DNA of 64,000 nt from assembly GCA_963820595.1 (NCBI GenBank), contig CAWGAO010000007.1:113071-177070 (forward strand), given 5' to 3'. Position numbers and translations under genes: made by a program. Source of the stretch: Candidatus Tagabacteria bacterium. GTDB taxonomy: Bacteria > Patescibacteriota > Minisyncoccia > GCA-002779875. Of this stretch, positions 1 through 9,069 are shown piece after piece (the first letter of the stretch is position 1; each line of letters starts with the position of its first letter). The notes beneath the pieces are model-generated. The model worked only from the letters and a program-made list of their open reading frames with translations. It ran no database searches and was not told the origin of the DNA.

Positions 1-1958
1 AACATATTGCCGAAGTTGGAACTAAGGCCCATCATTATGTATTTCATTATGTTCTGAAAAGTTTTTCTTCCCTCCACGACGCCGTCTTTCAAAACTCTCA
101 AGCTTTTCCGGATTAAAATGATGTCTGCCGTTTCTTTCGCGACGTCGACGGCGTTACTGACCGAAATGCCGATATCGGCAACCCTTAGCGCCGGCGCATC
201 GTTAATCCCATCGCCCAAATAGCCGACGGCGTTTCCGCTCCTTTTAAGGATTAAAATAATCCTTTCCTTTTGTTCTGGCGTAACGCGCGCAAAAACCGTT
301 ATATCTTTTACCTTTTGGCTCAGCTCGTCATCGCTCATTCGATTAAGTTCTTCACCGATTATAATTTCGCCATAGACTATATTGATTTCGGCGCATATTT
401 TTTTCGTCAGAACTTCGGAATCGCCGGTCAGAATCTTCAGCTCTATGCCCAAATCCCCAAGCTCGTCAACCGCTTCCTTAACTCCTTCTTTCGGCGGGTC
501 GAGAAAAGCCATAAAGCCCAAAAAGATCATTTTTTCCTCGTCTTCCTTTTTATAAACATCCTTCGCCGATGAATCGATTTCTTTTATTGCCAATGCCAGC
601 ACCCTAAAACCGTCGGCGCTCAACTCCCTGAATTTATTTTCGAAAATACGCTGCGACGCCGCGTCAAAATCGAACGTCTTGCTGTCGCCGTCGCTCTTTG
701 AATAAAATTTTGATATTTTGAAAATTTCTTCCGGCGCGCCTTTTGTAATCAAAATTCTTTTCCCCTCTTCTTCCGTCACTATCGAGTCTCTTTTTCTGAT
801 AAAATCGAATGGAATTTCGTCGATTTTTTTGTATCCCGAAACATCCAGTTTTCTGTACTCTTTAATGGCGGTCTCAAGCGGTTTTTTGGCACCGGTGTGG
901 AAAATACTGCTTACATAAGCGTACAGAAAAGTTTTTTCCGATTCGTTTCCGAAACCGTCAACATGCCTGATTAAAACTATTTTATTCTGCGTCAGCGTGC
1001 CGGTTTTATCGGTGCAAAGTATGTTCATACTGCCGAGACTGTGAATGGAAGAAAGATTTTTTACGATTACCTCTTTTTTCGCCATCCGGACGGAACCGCG
1101 GCTCAAAGAAACCGACATAATAACGGGTAAAAGTTCGGGCGTAAGGCCGATTGCGATAGCAAGAGCGAAAATAAACGATTCCAGCCAACCGCGATGACCC
1201 AAGGCGTTTGCGACGAAAACAAAGCTGACCATAATAAAAGTCAGCTGTAGCATAAAGTAACCGAATTTCCTGATGCCTATTTCGAATTCCGTCAAAGGAG
1301 GCGTTTCCTCCAGTTCTTTGGCTATCCTGCCGAACTCGGTTTGTGCTCCGGTTTTTTTAACCAACACTTTTGCATAACCGGAAACGACGCTCGTCCCCAT
1401 AAAAATGGCATAGCCGCTTTCAAGAGACACGTCTTCCGAAATTACGTCCGATGGCTTTGCGACTTTTTCCGCCGGAAAAGATTCGCCGGTAAGAGCCGCT
1501 TGATTAAGGAAAAAATCGTTTGCTTCCAAGATTACGCAATCCGCCGGCACGATGTCTCCGGCGGAAAGAGCAGCCAAATCGCCCGGGACAATCTCGTCCA
1601 AAGGAACCTCTTTTGACCGGCCGTCTCTCGTAACGGCAACGGTTGTAATAACTTTGGCAACAAGTTTTTCGACGGCTTTCTCCGATTTATAAGTGTTGAT
1701 AAATTCAAGAAGGCCGGAAACAAAAACCATCAGTAAAATAATCAGGGCGTTCGTGCGCTCGCCCAAAAAAAATGAAACTATCGAGGAGAAAACCAGGATA
1801 ATTAAAAGCGGATTGGTAAATTTTTTGGCAAACGCGATAAGCGGTCTTATTTTCCGCCGCTTAAAAACAATATTTTTCCCGTATTGCTTCAGGAGACTCG
1901 CCGCTTCCTTAGAGGAAAGTCCCCGGTAAATTTTTTGCTCTTTATTATTTTGCCTCAT
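1..1958 (-). CDS. P-type cation-transporting ATPase (MgtA/PMCA-like); 3' end runs off the left edge
   Basis: Absent from the ORF track because no stop lies in the window. My minus-strand translation from ATG 1958 reads MRQNNKEQKIYRGLSSKEAASLLKQYGKN..., with TGES, the DKTGTLT phosphorylation motif and the GDGINDAPAL hinge motif (near 180-215). Confidence 0.9.
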   Translation of the reverse strand, partial: MRQNNKEQKIYRGLSSKEAASLLKQYGKNIVFKRRKIRPLIAFAKKFTNPLLIILVFSSIVSFFLGERTNALIILLMVFVSGLLEFINTYKSEKAVEKLVAKVITTVAVTRDGRSKEVPLDEIVPGDLAALSAGDIVPADCVILEANDFFLNQAALTGESFPAEKVAKPSDVISEDVSLESGYAIFMGTSVVSGYAKVLVKKTGAQTEFGRIAKELEETPPLTEFEIGIRKFGYFMLQLTFIMVSFVFVANALGHRGWLESFIFALAIAIGLTPELLPVIMSVSLSRGSVRMAKKEVIVKNLSSIHSLGSMNILCTDKTGTLTQNKIVLIRHVDGFGNESEKTFLYAYVSSIFHTGAKKPLETAIKEYRKLDVSGYKKIDEIPFDFIRKRDSIVTEEEGKRILITKGAPEEIFKISKFYSKSDGDSKTFDFDAASQRIFENKFRELSADGFRVLALAIKEIDSSAKDVYKKEDEEKMIFLGFMAFLDPPKEGVKEAVDELGDLGIELKILTGDSEVLTKKICAEINIVYGEIIIGEELNRMSDDELSQKVKDITVFARVTPEQKERIILILKRSGNAVGYLGDGINDAPALRVADIGISVSNAVDVAKETADIILIRKSLRVLKDGVVEGRKTFQNIMKYIMMGLSSNFGNM

Positions 1959-2004
1959 CGCTCAATTTTTTAATATTTTTATTATAGCACCGACTTATTA
2001 GGAT

Positions 2005-2037
2005 TAAAAAATCCCGTCAGTTCAGAACTGACGGGAT
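2005..2037 (-). terminator. Rho-independent terminator after panB
   Basis: Hairpin ATCCCGTCAG/CTGACGGGAT. In minus sense it is followed by TTTTTTAAT. Confidence 0.6.
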
Positions 2038-2052
2038 TAAATTTGAAAATTT

Positions 2053-2995
2053 TTAACTCGTTACAAACGGCGCTTGAGCTTTTAATTTTTCAAGCTCCCC
2101 TTCCTTCATCTTATAACAATGTTTTTCGATATCAGGAAAGGTTTTCGCTTTCACTTCTCTCACGTATTCCTTAAAAGCCTGTAAAGTAATTTCAGCCAGA
2201 CCGACAGGCTCGGATTTCCCGATAACCTGCGAAGCTTGCAATATCATCAATGTTTGCGGAATAAAATCTTTCACGAATTTCGGCGTAAAAACTTCGCTTT
2301 TGCCCAATAAATCGATATCGAGCAATAACTGGCCGTCGCAAAGAGGACCGGCGCCGATAGAGAGAACCGGAATTTTCAATTTCTGGGTGATGATTTCGGT
2401 TACTTCGGGCGGAACTGCTTCCACTAATAGAGAAAAAGCTCCTGCTTTTTCTACCGCCAAAGCGTCCTTAATCACAGGCAGTGCGGTTTCGCAAGTAAGA
2501 CCCTGGGCCTTGAATCCGCCCATCTGCCCTGAAGACTGCGGTGTCAGGCCTATATGCCCCATTACATTCATGCCTGCGTCCACAATCGCCTTTAATCTGC
2601 GGAACAACGCGAACACCGCCTTCGAGTTTAATGGCATCAACCATTGCTTCTTTATAAAACCTTTCGGCGTTAATAACTGCCCATTCCGGACTTCTTTGAT
2701 AAGAACCAAACGGCATGTCGCCGATAATAAATGTATTCGGCGCCCCGCGCCGAACCGCTTCGCTATGATAAATCATCTGGTCCATCGTCACGGGAACCGT
2801 GCCGGGATAACCATAAATACTCATCCCGACCGAATCGCCGACTAAAAGCATATCCATTCCCGCTTCTTCGGCAAAATGGGCATTATGCCAATCGTAAGTC
2901 ACAAGATAAGCGATTTTCTCGCCGGCTTTCTTCATGTTCTGAAAATCGATAATACTCTTTTTCTTCGCTGCCATTTCACTTTTCTCCTTTTCCAA
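2053..2995 (-). CDS. panB: 3-methyl-2-oxobutanoate hydroxymethyltransferase (ketopantoate hydroxymethyltransferase), interrupted by a 1-nt frame break near 2611-2622
   Basis: ORFs 2468..2995 (LLVGDSVGM...AIKLEGG) and 2053..2709 (AIVDAGMNVMGHIGLTPQS...IPVLSIGAG) are the N- and C-terminal halves of PanB in adjacent frames. The switch is right after KLEGG. Confidence 0.85.
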
Positions 2996-3188
2996 ACAAT
3001 GCCTTTATCTCTTTCTCTGTTTCTATAAGATACTTATCAGTCGTGTTTTTCTTCTCACCTTCACTTATGTCAAGAGTTGCCCGAACGATTTTCTTTGCGA
3101 ATTCCAAAAGTATTGCCTCGAGCTTGCGGGATTGGGCTCCGGCTTTTGCCAACGCCTTCCCTAATTTTGCTTTATCCTTTTTCGTCAT
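2976..3188 (-). CDS. hypothetical small protein (70 aa)
   Basis: ORF packed tightly between the 429-aa ORF and panB. It overlaps the panB start by 20 nt. No motif recognised. Confidence 0.5.
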   Translation of the reverse strand: MTKKDKAKLGKALAKAGAQSRKLEAILLEFAKKIVRATLDISEGEKKNTTDKYLIETEKEIKALFGKGEK

Positions 3189-3189
3189 A

Positions 3190-4479
3190 CTATCTCGACG
3201 CGCACCTTTCTTTGGGATGCAGTTCGGCGCAAATAACCGGAATACCGACTTTGGTTAATGCCGCGGCGGTTCTCTGAACGGCAGAATGCTTATCCATATA
3301 ATTATTTTCTAAAATTAGCATCTGACCGTTTTTTTCAATTTCCGATTTTTCCCGGAAATAATCAAAAATACTGGAAGGATTGGCTCTATCTCGTTCAACT
3401 TCCGGACTGCCGCCTTCATGCTTCGCGGAGATATTCGGCACATCTGCCATTAAAACCAGATCCAGTAAATCATTCAGTCGGTCATAAGGCTGTCGAACAA
3501 TGCCTTTATAGGCTTCGACAATATGATGCTCGATGCGCACCTTGTCTTCCAACCCCAATTTTTTACGAATCAAAGCAATCTGGCTGATGGTATAGGGACT
3601 AACTGAATTGCTTAAATTAAATCCTTTAAGCGGAGTTGTTCCGTCGGGCCGACTGAAAAGTTTGGCCAACATTAGTATTGCAAAAGCGGAAAACGGATTA
3701 TCAATCCCGGTAAAAACGGAAATTTTAAATCCGATGTCAATTCCCCATTTATAGAGCCATAAAGCGGCTAAAATCGTGCCTAAATTGAAGTTTAAAACTT
3801 CTCTGACTCCGTAATTGGTGTAGTAATACAGAAGTTCTTTCGACCACTTAAAAACATAGTCGTTGGGCTGGCCAATGCCGCCAAAAAATCCCGTAAGCGT
3901 GTTCATTGGATTTGTCATATCAAGATGAACATTGGAGCCATCGGTTCCTTTGGTATCCAGCGTTTCAACGCAACTGGCGCCAATAATCTGCATAGCAGCC
4001 GTGATAGCCAGTAAATCGCCATCTTCTTCCTGCTCTTTCATCTTCCTAACAGCGATGAATCGGCCCGGCATTAACTCGCCGTGAACGATGGCCATTGTTG
4101 CTTCTGCAATCAGCCACGGAAAATATTGAAGGGCGCTGATCTCAAGCGTCACAGCTTTCTTTTCCTTAAAAACTGTTTTTGATGAATTTTTGCCGATAAT
4201 CTTTTCGCGGTATTCCGGTATGGAAATAAAAGCGTTACGAGCCTTCCATTCCGTTAACAGATCTAAACAAACAGCGGAACCGTTGTTTATTTTTCTTAAC
4301 CGTTGAATAAGATTTGAAAGTTCCCCGGCTTCATGGGCCTTTTGATTGATTTTCGCCACGCCGCCGTGTCGTTCAACCATCTCCCAAAGTTCCTGCGGCA
4401 AAGGATTATTAGAATCCTGTAAAAATTCATTGATATCAATCAGACACTTGCGGCTGATTTTTAAACTCTCCTTGTTCAT
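3190..4479 (-). CDS. hypothetical protein (429 aa), family not recognised
   Basis: Long intact ORF in the panB operon. I could not assign a family. Confidence 0.7.
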   Translation of the reverse strand: MNKESLKISRKCLIDINEFLQDSNNPLPQELWEMVERHGGVAKINQKAHEAGELSNLIQRLRKINNGSAVCLDLLTEWKARNAFISIPEYREKIIGKNSSKTVFKEKKAVTLEISALQYFPWLIAEATMAIVHGELMPGRFIAVRKMKEQEEDGDLLAITAAMQIIGASCVETLDTKGTDGSNVHLDMTNPMNTLTGFFGGIGQPNDYVFKWSKELLYYYTNYGVREVLNFNLGTILAALWLYKWGIDIGFKISVFTGIDNPFSAFAILMLAKLFSRPDGTTPLKGFNLSNSVSPYTISQIALIRKKLGLEDKVRIEHHIVEAYKGIVRQPYDRLNDLLDLVLMADVPNISAKHEGGSPEVERDRANPSSIFDYFREKSEIEKNGQMLILENNYMDKHSAVQRTAAALTKVGIPVICAELHPKERCASR

Positions 4480-4550
4480 TCCCTTCCTCCTTCTTTTTTA
4501 AGATTTATGCCTTTGAAAATCTGTCTTCGGGCAGAGTATCTAAGTAAAAC

Positions 4551-4799
4551 TTATCGGCTTCCTGCTTTGTTTCCTGTTGAGTCCTTATTCAAAGAATCAA
4601 GATTACCGCACAGCGCGGATAATCCTGAAAACAACCTTTTCCATGTTTCCGCCAGCTTTTCATTCGTCTGCCGGCTTTTCTCTTTGTTTATTTTTAGTTC
4701 TTTTTCCCTTTGGCGGCATTCCGCAATCAAATCCTTGAATTTCTCCCTCTCTTGAGGCAAAAGAGTCCCAACGTATTCATCGATGGTTTTAGCTTTCAT
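4551..4799 (-). CDS. hypothetical protein (82 aa)
   Basis: ORF in the same operon, charged and coiled-coil-like. Confidence 0.5.
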   Translation of the reverse strand: MKAKTIDEYVGTLLPQEREKFKDLIAECRQREKELKINKEKSRQTNEKLAETWKRLFSGLSALCGNLDSLNKDSTGNKAGSR

Positions 4800-4826
4800 T
4801 TTTTCCTCCTTACTTGTTTTATAAAG

Positions 4827-4937
4827 TTATCTCAGCGCCGCGGAGAAAAATAATCCGGCAAAAAAACCTACAACAAGTCCAACGACAAAAATAACCAAAC
4901 CTGCAACGACGCAAATACCCCAACCCCAAATCGGCAT
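4827..4937 (-). CDS. small hydrophobic membrane peptide (36 aa)
   Basis: My translation is MPIWGWGICVVAGLVIFVVGLVVGFFAGLFFSAALR. A purine-rich SD (AAGGAGAAGAAA) precedes it. It is below the ORF-track size cut-off. Confidence 0.4.
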   Translation of the reverse strand: MPIWGWGICVVAGLVIFVVGLVVGFFAGLFFSAALR

Positions 4938-4965
4938 TTTCTTCTCCTTTCTTCCTCTCCTTTCC

Positions 4966-5087
4966 TTATTTTTTCCCGACGTAAAGTCGGGATCCCGACT
5001 TCTTTATTTTAAAAGAACTATTAATGAAGCGTCGGGACAAAGTCCAAAATACCAAAAACAGGATAGCACATCTTGCTATCCTGTCAA
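4966..5087 (-). promoter_or_regulatory. Copy A of the duplicated ~120-nt promoter/hairpin/leader module
   Basis: In minus sense: TTGACA, then 16 nt containing the hairpin GGATAGCA-N5-TGCTATCC, then TATCCT and a T-run. The leader then carries GTCCCGAC ... GTCGGGATCCCGAC TTTAC GTCGGGA AAAAAA followed by the SD. It aligns with 30708-30828. Confidence 0.55.
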
Positions 5088-5117
5088 TCCTGTCAAAGAC
5101 CGGATATTCGCGAAATT

Positions 5118-6863
5118 TTATGACGGCATCTTTGCCGATGCCGATTGAAGTTCCCAAAAATGCCGGTAAATTCCGTCTTCAAGCCGCATCAGCTCTTCAT
5201 GAGTTCCCATCTCCAGCACTTCTCCTTTTTCCAAAACAATGATTTTATCGGAATGCTGAATAGTGCTCAGGCGATGAGCAATGACAAAAGTAGTCCTTCC
5301 TTTGATAAGCCTCATCAAAGCTTCCTGCACCAGCTTTTCCGAAACCGAATCGAGCGCCGAAGTCGCCTCATCCAAAATCAGAATTTTCGGGTTTCTTAAA
5401 ATCGCTCGGGCGATGGCAATGCGCTGTTTTTGGCCGGTAGAAAGTTTGATTCCCCTCTCGCCGACTACCTGATCGTATTTCCTCGGAAATTTTTCGATAA
5501 ACTCGTGGGCATTCGCGGCTTTCGCCGCTTCCGCAATCTGTTTGTCGGTAGATTCCAAATTTCCGTAACGGATATTATTTTTAATCGTATCATTAAAAAG
5601 CAGCACTTCCTGAGGCACGAGAGCCATCTGCCGCCTCAACGCGAGCAAATCAATCTTCCCTATATCAACGCCGTCAATCAGGATTTGGCCCTTGGTCGGC
5701 GTAATATATCTTCCGATAAGGTCAACCAACGTGGTTTTCCCCACTCCGCTTTCGCCGACAAGCGCTACGGTTTGGCCGGGCAGAACTTCAAAAGAAATAT
5801 TTTTAAGAATCATCTGGCTCTTTTTGTAGGCAAAGTCGGCGTCTTTAAAAACAACTTTGCCCTTAATTTCCATTTCTATCGCGTGAGGCGCGTTTTTTTC
5901 CGGAGGAATATTATAGTAGCTCATCGCCCGCTTAAAAGAATACATCCCGCTTTTTGCCATGCGGTACTGGTTCGCCAATTGCGACAAAGGAGCCGTTAAA
6001 AGACTTGTGTAGCCGACAAACATTATCAGTTTTCCTGCGCTTAATTGTCCGGCGCGAAGCATCAAAATTCCCACGCTCAAAACCGCGATGAAACTCAAAG
6101 TAAAAATAATTCTTTGCCAAGCGTTCATTTTCAGCCAAACGAAACGCCATTTTTCATAGATTCCCCCGGCCCAATTAAAATTTTTAACGTTTCTTTTGCG
6201 TTCAAATTCTTCGGCGGTCGACGATTTTACTGTTTGAACGTTTAAAACCGAGTCCCATAAAACTCCGTAGGATTTTTCCCATCCTCTATGCAGTAATTTT
6301 TGCGTTTCAATTATGTACTTCGAATAAACAAGCGTCACCAAAACGTAACCGATGCTCGTAGCCACTAAAATCAAACTTAACCTCCACTCGACGACCAGAA
6401 GAATCACAAAAGCCACAAAAAAGGAAAGAAGCGACGGCAAAAAAGAAAAAAGGGTATCATCTATAAGATTGAAAAGGTCATTATCAATGCCCCTGTCAAT
6501 CCTCCTCATTATCTTGCCCATTTTTCTCGCCTTATGAAATTTGAGCGGCAGATTAATGAGATGATGGAATATATCAACCATTAAATCGTTGGTAACCTCG
6601 ATGGCGATTTCGTAAGATTGGCGTTGGCTGTAACGCGAAAGAAATTCGTTTAAAAGAGATAAAAACAGCCAAAGAGAAATAAATCCTAAAATTATTTTTA
6701 GCTGGGAATGGGGAGCAATGGCGACATCAACCAGATGCCCGTAAATATAAGGTATAAACGACAAAGCGACTGCGGAAACGAGTGCGCTAACGGCGCCGAA
6801 ATAAATTCTTTTCCGGTTCTTGATTCTTGAAAAAATAAATTTAAATTCTTTGGGAATAGTCAT
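5118..6863 (-). CDS. ABC transporter, fused permease/ATPase (MsbA-like exporter)
   Basis: Six-TM N-terminal half followed by Walker A GESGVGKTT, signature LSTGQKQR and Walker B ILILDEATSALD. Confidence 0.9.
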   Translation of the reverse strand: MTIPKEFKFIFSRIKNRKRIYFGAVSALVSAVALSFIPYIYGHLVDVAIAPHSQLKIILGFISLWLFLSLLNEFLSRYSQRQSYEIAIEVTNDLMVDIFHHLINLPLKFHKARKMGKIMRRIDRGIDNDLFNLIDDTLFSFLPSLLSFFVAFVILLVVEWRLSLILVATSIGYVLVTLVYSKYIIETQKLLHRGWEKSYGVLWDSVLNVQTVKSSTAEEFERKRNVKNFNWAGGIYEKWRFVWLKMNAWQRIIFTLSFIAVLSVGILMLRAGQLSAGKLIMFVGYTSLLTAPLSQLANQYRMAKSGMYSFKRAMSYYNIPPEKNAPHAIEMEIKGKVVFKDADFAYKKSQMILKNISFEVLPGQTVALVGESGVGKTTLVDLIGRYITPTKGQILIDGVDIGKIDLLALRRQMALVPQEVLLFNDTIKNNIRYGNLESTDKQIAEAAKAANAHEFIEKFPRKYDQVVGERGIKLSTGQKQRIAIARAILRNPKILILDEATSALDSVSEKLVQEALMRLIKGRTTFVIAHRLSTIQHSDKIIVLEKGEVLEMGTHEELMRLEDGIYRHFWELQSASAKMPS

Positions 6864-6916
6864 ACGAAATAATTTTCTACAACCTCAGATTACCGGCGCC
6901 GCAGGCACTTAAAATC

Positions 6917-7528
6917 TTAAAAGTTTTGAACCGGTTCACCCGCTTTTTTATTCCCATTGGTTTTAAAATACCTGAAAGTCAGATAGATTGAGAATAAAAT
7001 TACAGCCGACAAAATCGCCAGATGCTCTATTCTTGTTATGTCCCTTCTTATCACTTCCAAACTGTCGCCGCCGACATAACCCAGCCCCAGCCAAATGGCG
7101 ATCGTAAATGCCGAAACGATAGCGTCGGTTACAAGGAATTTTACAAATGGTATTCTCATAATGCCCGCGACAATAAACATCTCGCCGATCAGATGCCCCG
7201 AAAGTATCGCAGGCAAACCGTCTTTTTTATTGACTTTGTTTTCAAGTTTTAAAAGTCTTTCGGGCGATATAATCCAGTGAAAACCCTTGTGCGTGACAAT
7301 CGCGCGGCCGTATTTTCTTCCGATAAAATAAGCGAGCACGTCCCCCGTCAATACTCCCGAATAAGAGATGATTAAGACAGCGATAAATTTTAATACGCTG
7401 GTGGATATTAAAAATCCGCCCGCGATAAGAACGGTGCCTTCGGGAAAAGGAAATCCGATAGCTCCGAGAATGAGGAGCGCAAAAAGTCCCAAATACGGAA
7501 ATTGCCCTATAATCGCCGGAATAAACAT
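6917..7528 (-). CDS. DedA family membrane protein
   Basis: Polytopic membrane ORF with the DedA-type motif GDVLAYFIGRKYGR. Confidence 0.85.
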   Translation of the reverse strand: MFIPAIIGQFPYLGLFALLILGAIGFPFPEGTVLIAGGFLISTSVLKFIAVLIISYSGVLTGDVLAYFIGRKYGRAIVTHKGFHWIISPERLLKLENKVNKKDGLPAILSGHLIGEMFIVAGIMRIPFVKFLVTDAIVSAFTIAIWLGLGYVGGDSLEVIRRDITRIEHLAILSAVILFSIYLTFRYFKTNGNKKAGEPVQNF

Positions 7529-7561
7529 TTATTTTCATTTAATTTTACCAGAATTGCGGAA

Positions 7562-7600
7562 AAAAATAAATAAAAAGGCCGAGTGATGAACACTCGGCCT
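7562..7600 (-). terminator. Rho-independent terminator
   Basis: Stem GGCCGAGTG/CACTCGGCC with a 5-nt loop. A T-run follows in minus sense, downstream of ORF 7622..8026. Confidence 0.6.
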
Positions 7601-7621
7601 TAAACATCGTTGTATTTTCCA

Positions 7622-8026
7622 TCATCCGGCTCCTAGCTCGGAAAGTTTTGCCTCAAGCCGTTCAATTTCGCCGGGGGTCACAGATATTCCTTCGGCCGCC
7701 GCCTGCTTCAATTCCTGAAGTTGATCTTTAGCCGCTTCTATCTGTTGTTTTTTGACCTTCTCATCCATATACAAATCTGATAAACCCGAATGAGAAGATT
7801 TTTTTGGTCGGCTGACATTCGTTGGTTCGTCTTTTTTGAAAACATGCTGTTTAACGTTCCAACCGTCCGATGACTCCGAACCGCCCTCGCCCCTTTTGTG
7901 CCAGTCCCGCGCAACACTTACTAATTTTCCCTCTCTGGCAAGCGTCACGTGAGTTTTCACATCACCCATACCCTTAATCTTTCTTTCGTTTCTCGCTCCT
8001 TTGATTCCTTTGATATGAACTAGCAT
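7622..8026 (-). CDS. hypothetical protein (134 aa)
   Basis: ORF only. The C-terminus is coiled-coil-like. Confidence 0.5.
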   Translation of the reverse strand: MLVHIKGIKGARNERKIKGMGDVKTHVTLAREGKLVSVARDWHKRGEGGSESSDGWNVKQHVFKKDEPTNVSRPKKSSHSGLSDLYMDEKVKKQQIEAAKDQLQELKQAAAEGISVTPGEIERLEAKLSELGAG

Positions 8027-8134
8027 ACGGCCTCCTTCTTCTTTATTTTGTTTTCAAACTAAAAAGAAGATAGCATGACACCATTATTTTGTCGAGCAAA
8101 ACAAAAGCCTTTGAAAGTCCAACCTTCGCAGGAA

Positions 8135-8476
8135 TTAACTCCCCCGATTGAAATGTTTTAGGAAAAAATTAACTATCGAAAGAATAAAACTTAAAAGCAA
8201 AGCCCACCAAAAATTAGCGACCCTGAATCCGGGAACCAAATAACTTACCAACAACACAAGCAGGGCATTTATCACGAACGCGAACAGGCCAAGAGTCAAA
8301 ACATTAATAGGCAGAGTCAAGAGTTTGACTATCGGCCTGATTATCAAATTTATCAAACCCAAAACAGCGCCCGCTATCAAGGCGACGTAAAAACTTGTCA
8401 CCGATATGCCGGGGAGAATATAAGCGGCGGCAACGATGACTAAAGAATAAACCAGCCATTTTATTAACAATCTCAT
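8135..8476 (-). CDS. DUF360 / phage-holin-4-like small membrane protein
   Basis: 113 aa with four TM segments. The pattern YILPGI...AGAVLGLINLIIRPIVKLLTLPINVLTLGLF is typical of that family. Confidence 0.75.
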   Translation of the reverse strand: MRLLIKWLVYSLVIVAAAYILPGISVTSFYVALIAGAVLGLINLIIRPIVKLLTLPINVLTLGLFAFVINALLVLLVSYLVPGFRVANFWWALLLSFILSIVNFFLKHFNRGS

Positions 8477-8675
8477 ATTATTTTTATTTTAATTTTAAAT
8501 TTAAATTTCGTTTGTTTTTTAAATTACCATCTTGAAATCTGCAAGCCGTTAAAAAATCCCCGACCCGATAACAATTTTTAGTAGCTTTAAAAATAGGAAT
8601 GAAATTATTTTTTGGATAAAATTTTAAGGCGATGGCGAAAAAACCAAGCGCTTTTAGGCGGTTTGGAATTTTTAT

Positions 8676-8972
8676 TTAAAATATTGCTTGAGCACGGCGG
8701 CGTTTTTCTTCTTCGTATTCTTTCCACGGCCCCGCTATTTTCGGTTCGAGCTTAACCAACTCGCCAAAAACGCATTCCGACAATTCGGTGGTGGCGATTT
8801 CTTCTTTACTGTTGGCAAGCTCCAGCGCGACGCCTAAAACCTGATTAACCACTTCGTTAACCCTGTCCATCGAAAGACCCGCGCTTAGGCCGGCGACTTC
8901 GATAGACTTTCGCATTTTCTCGCCGTCAAAAGGCTCTTTTGTCCCGTCTCTTTTTATAACTTGTCTGGCCAT
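8676..8972 (-). CDS. ATP-cone domain protein
   Basis: The N-terminus VIKRDGTKEPFDGEKMRKSI matches the ATP-cone signature. Confidence 0.7.
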   Translation of the reverse strand: MARQVIKRDGTKEPFDGEKMRKSIEVAGLSAGLSMDRVNEVVNQVLGVALELANSKEEIATTELSECVFGELVKLEPKIAGPWKEYEEEKRRRAQAIF

Positions 8973-9069
8973 AAAAAATTATTTTGTGTTTTCATTATAC
9001 CATATCCGGCAAAACAAAAAGGCCGCCTCAACAGCTTTGCTATATATGGCGGCCTTTGCATTTACGCGT

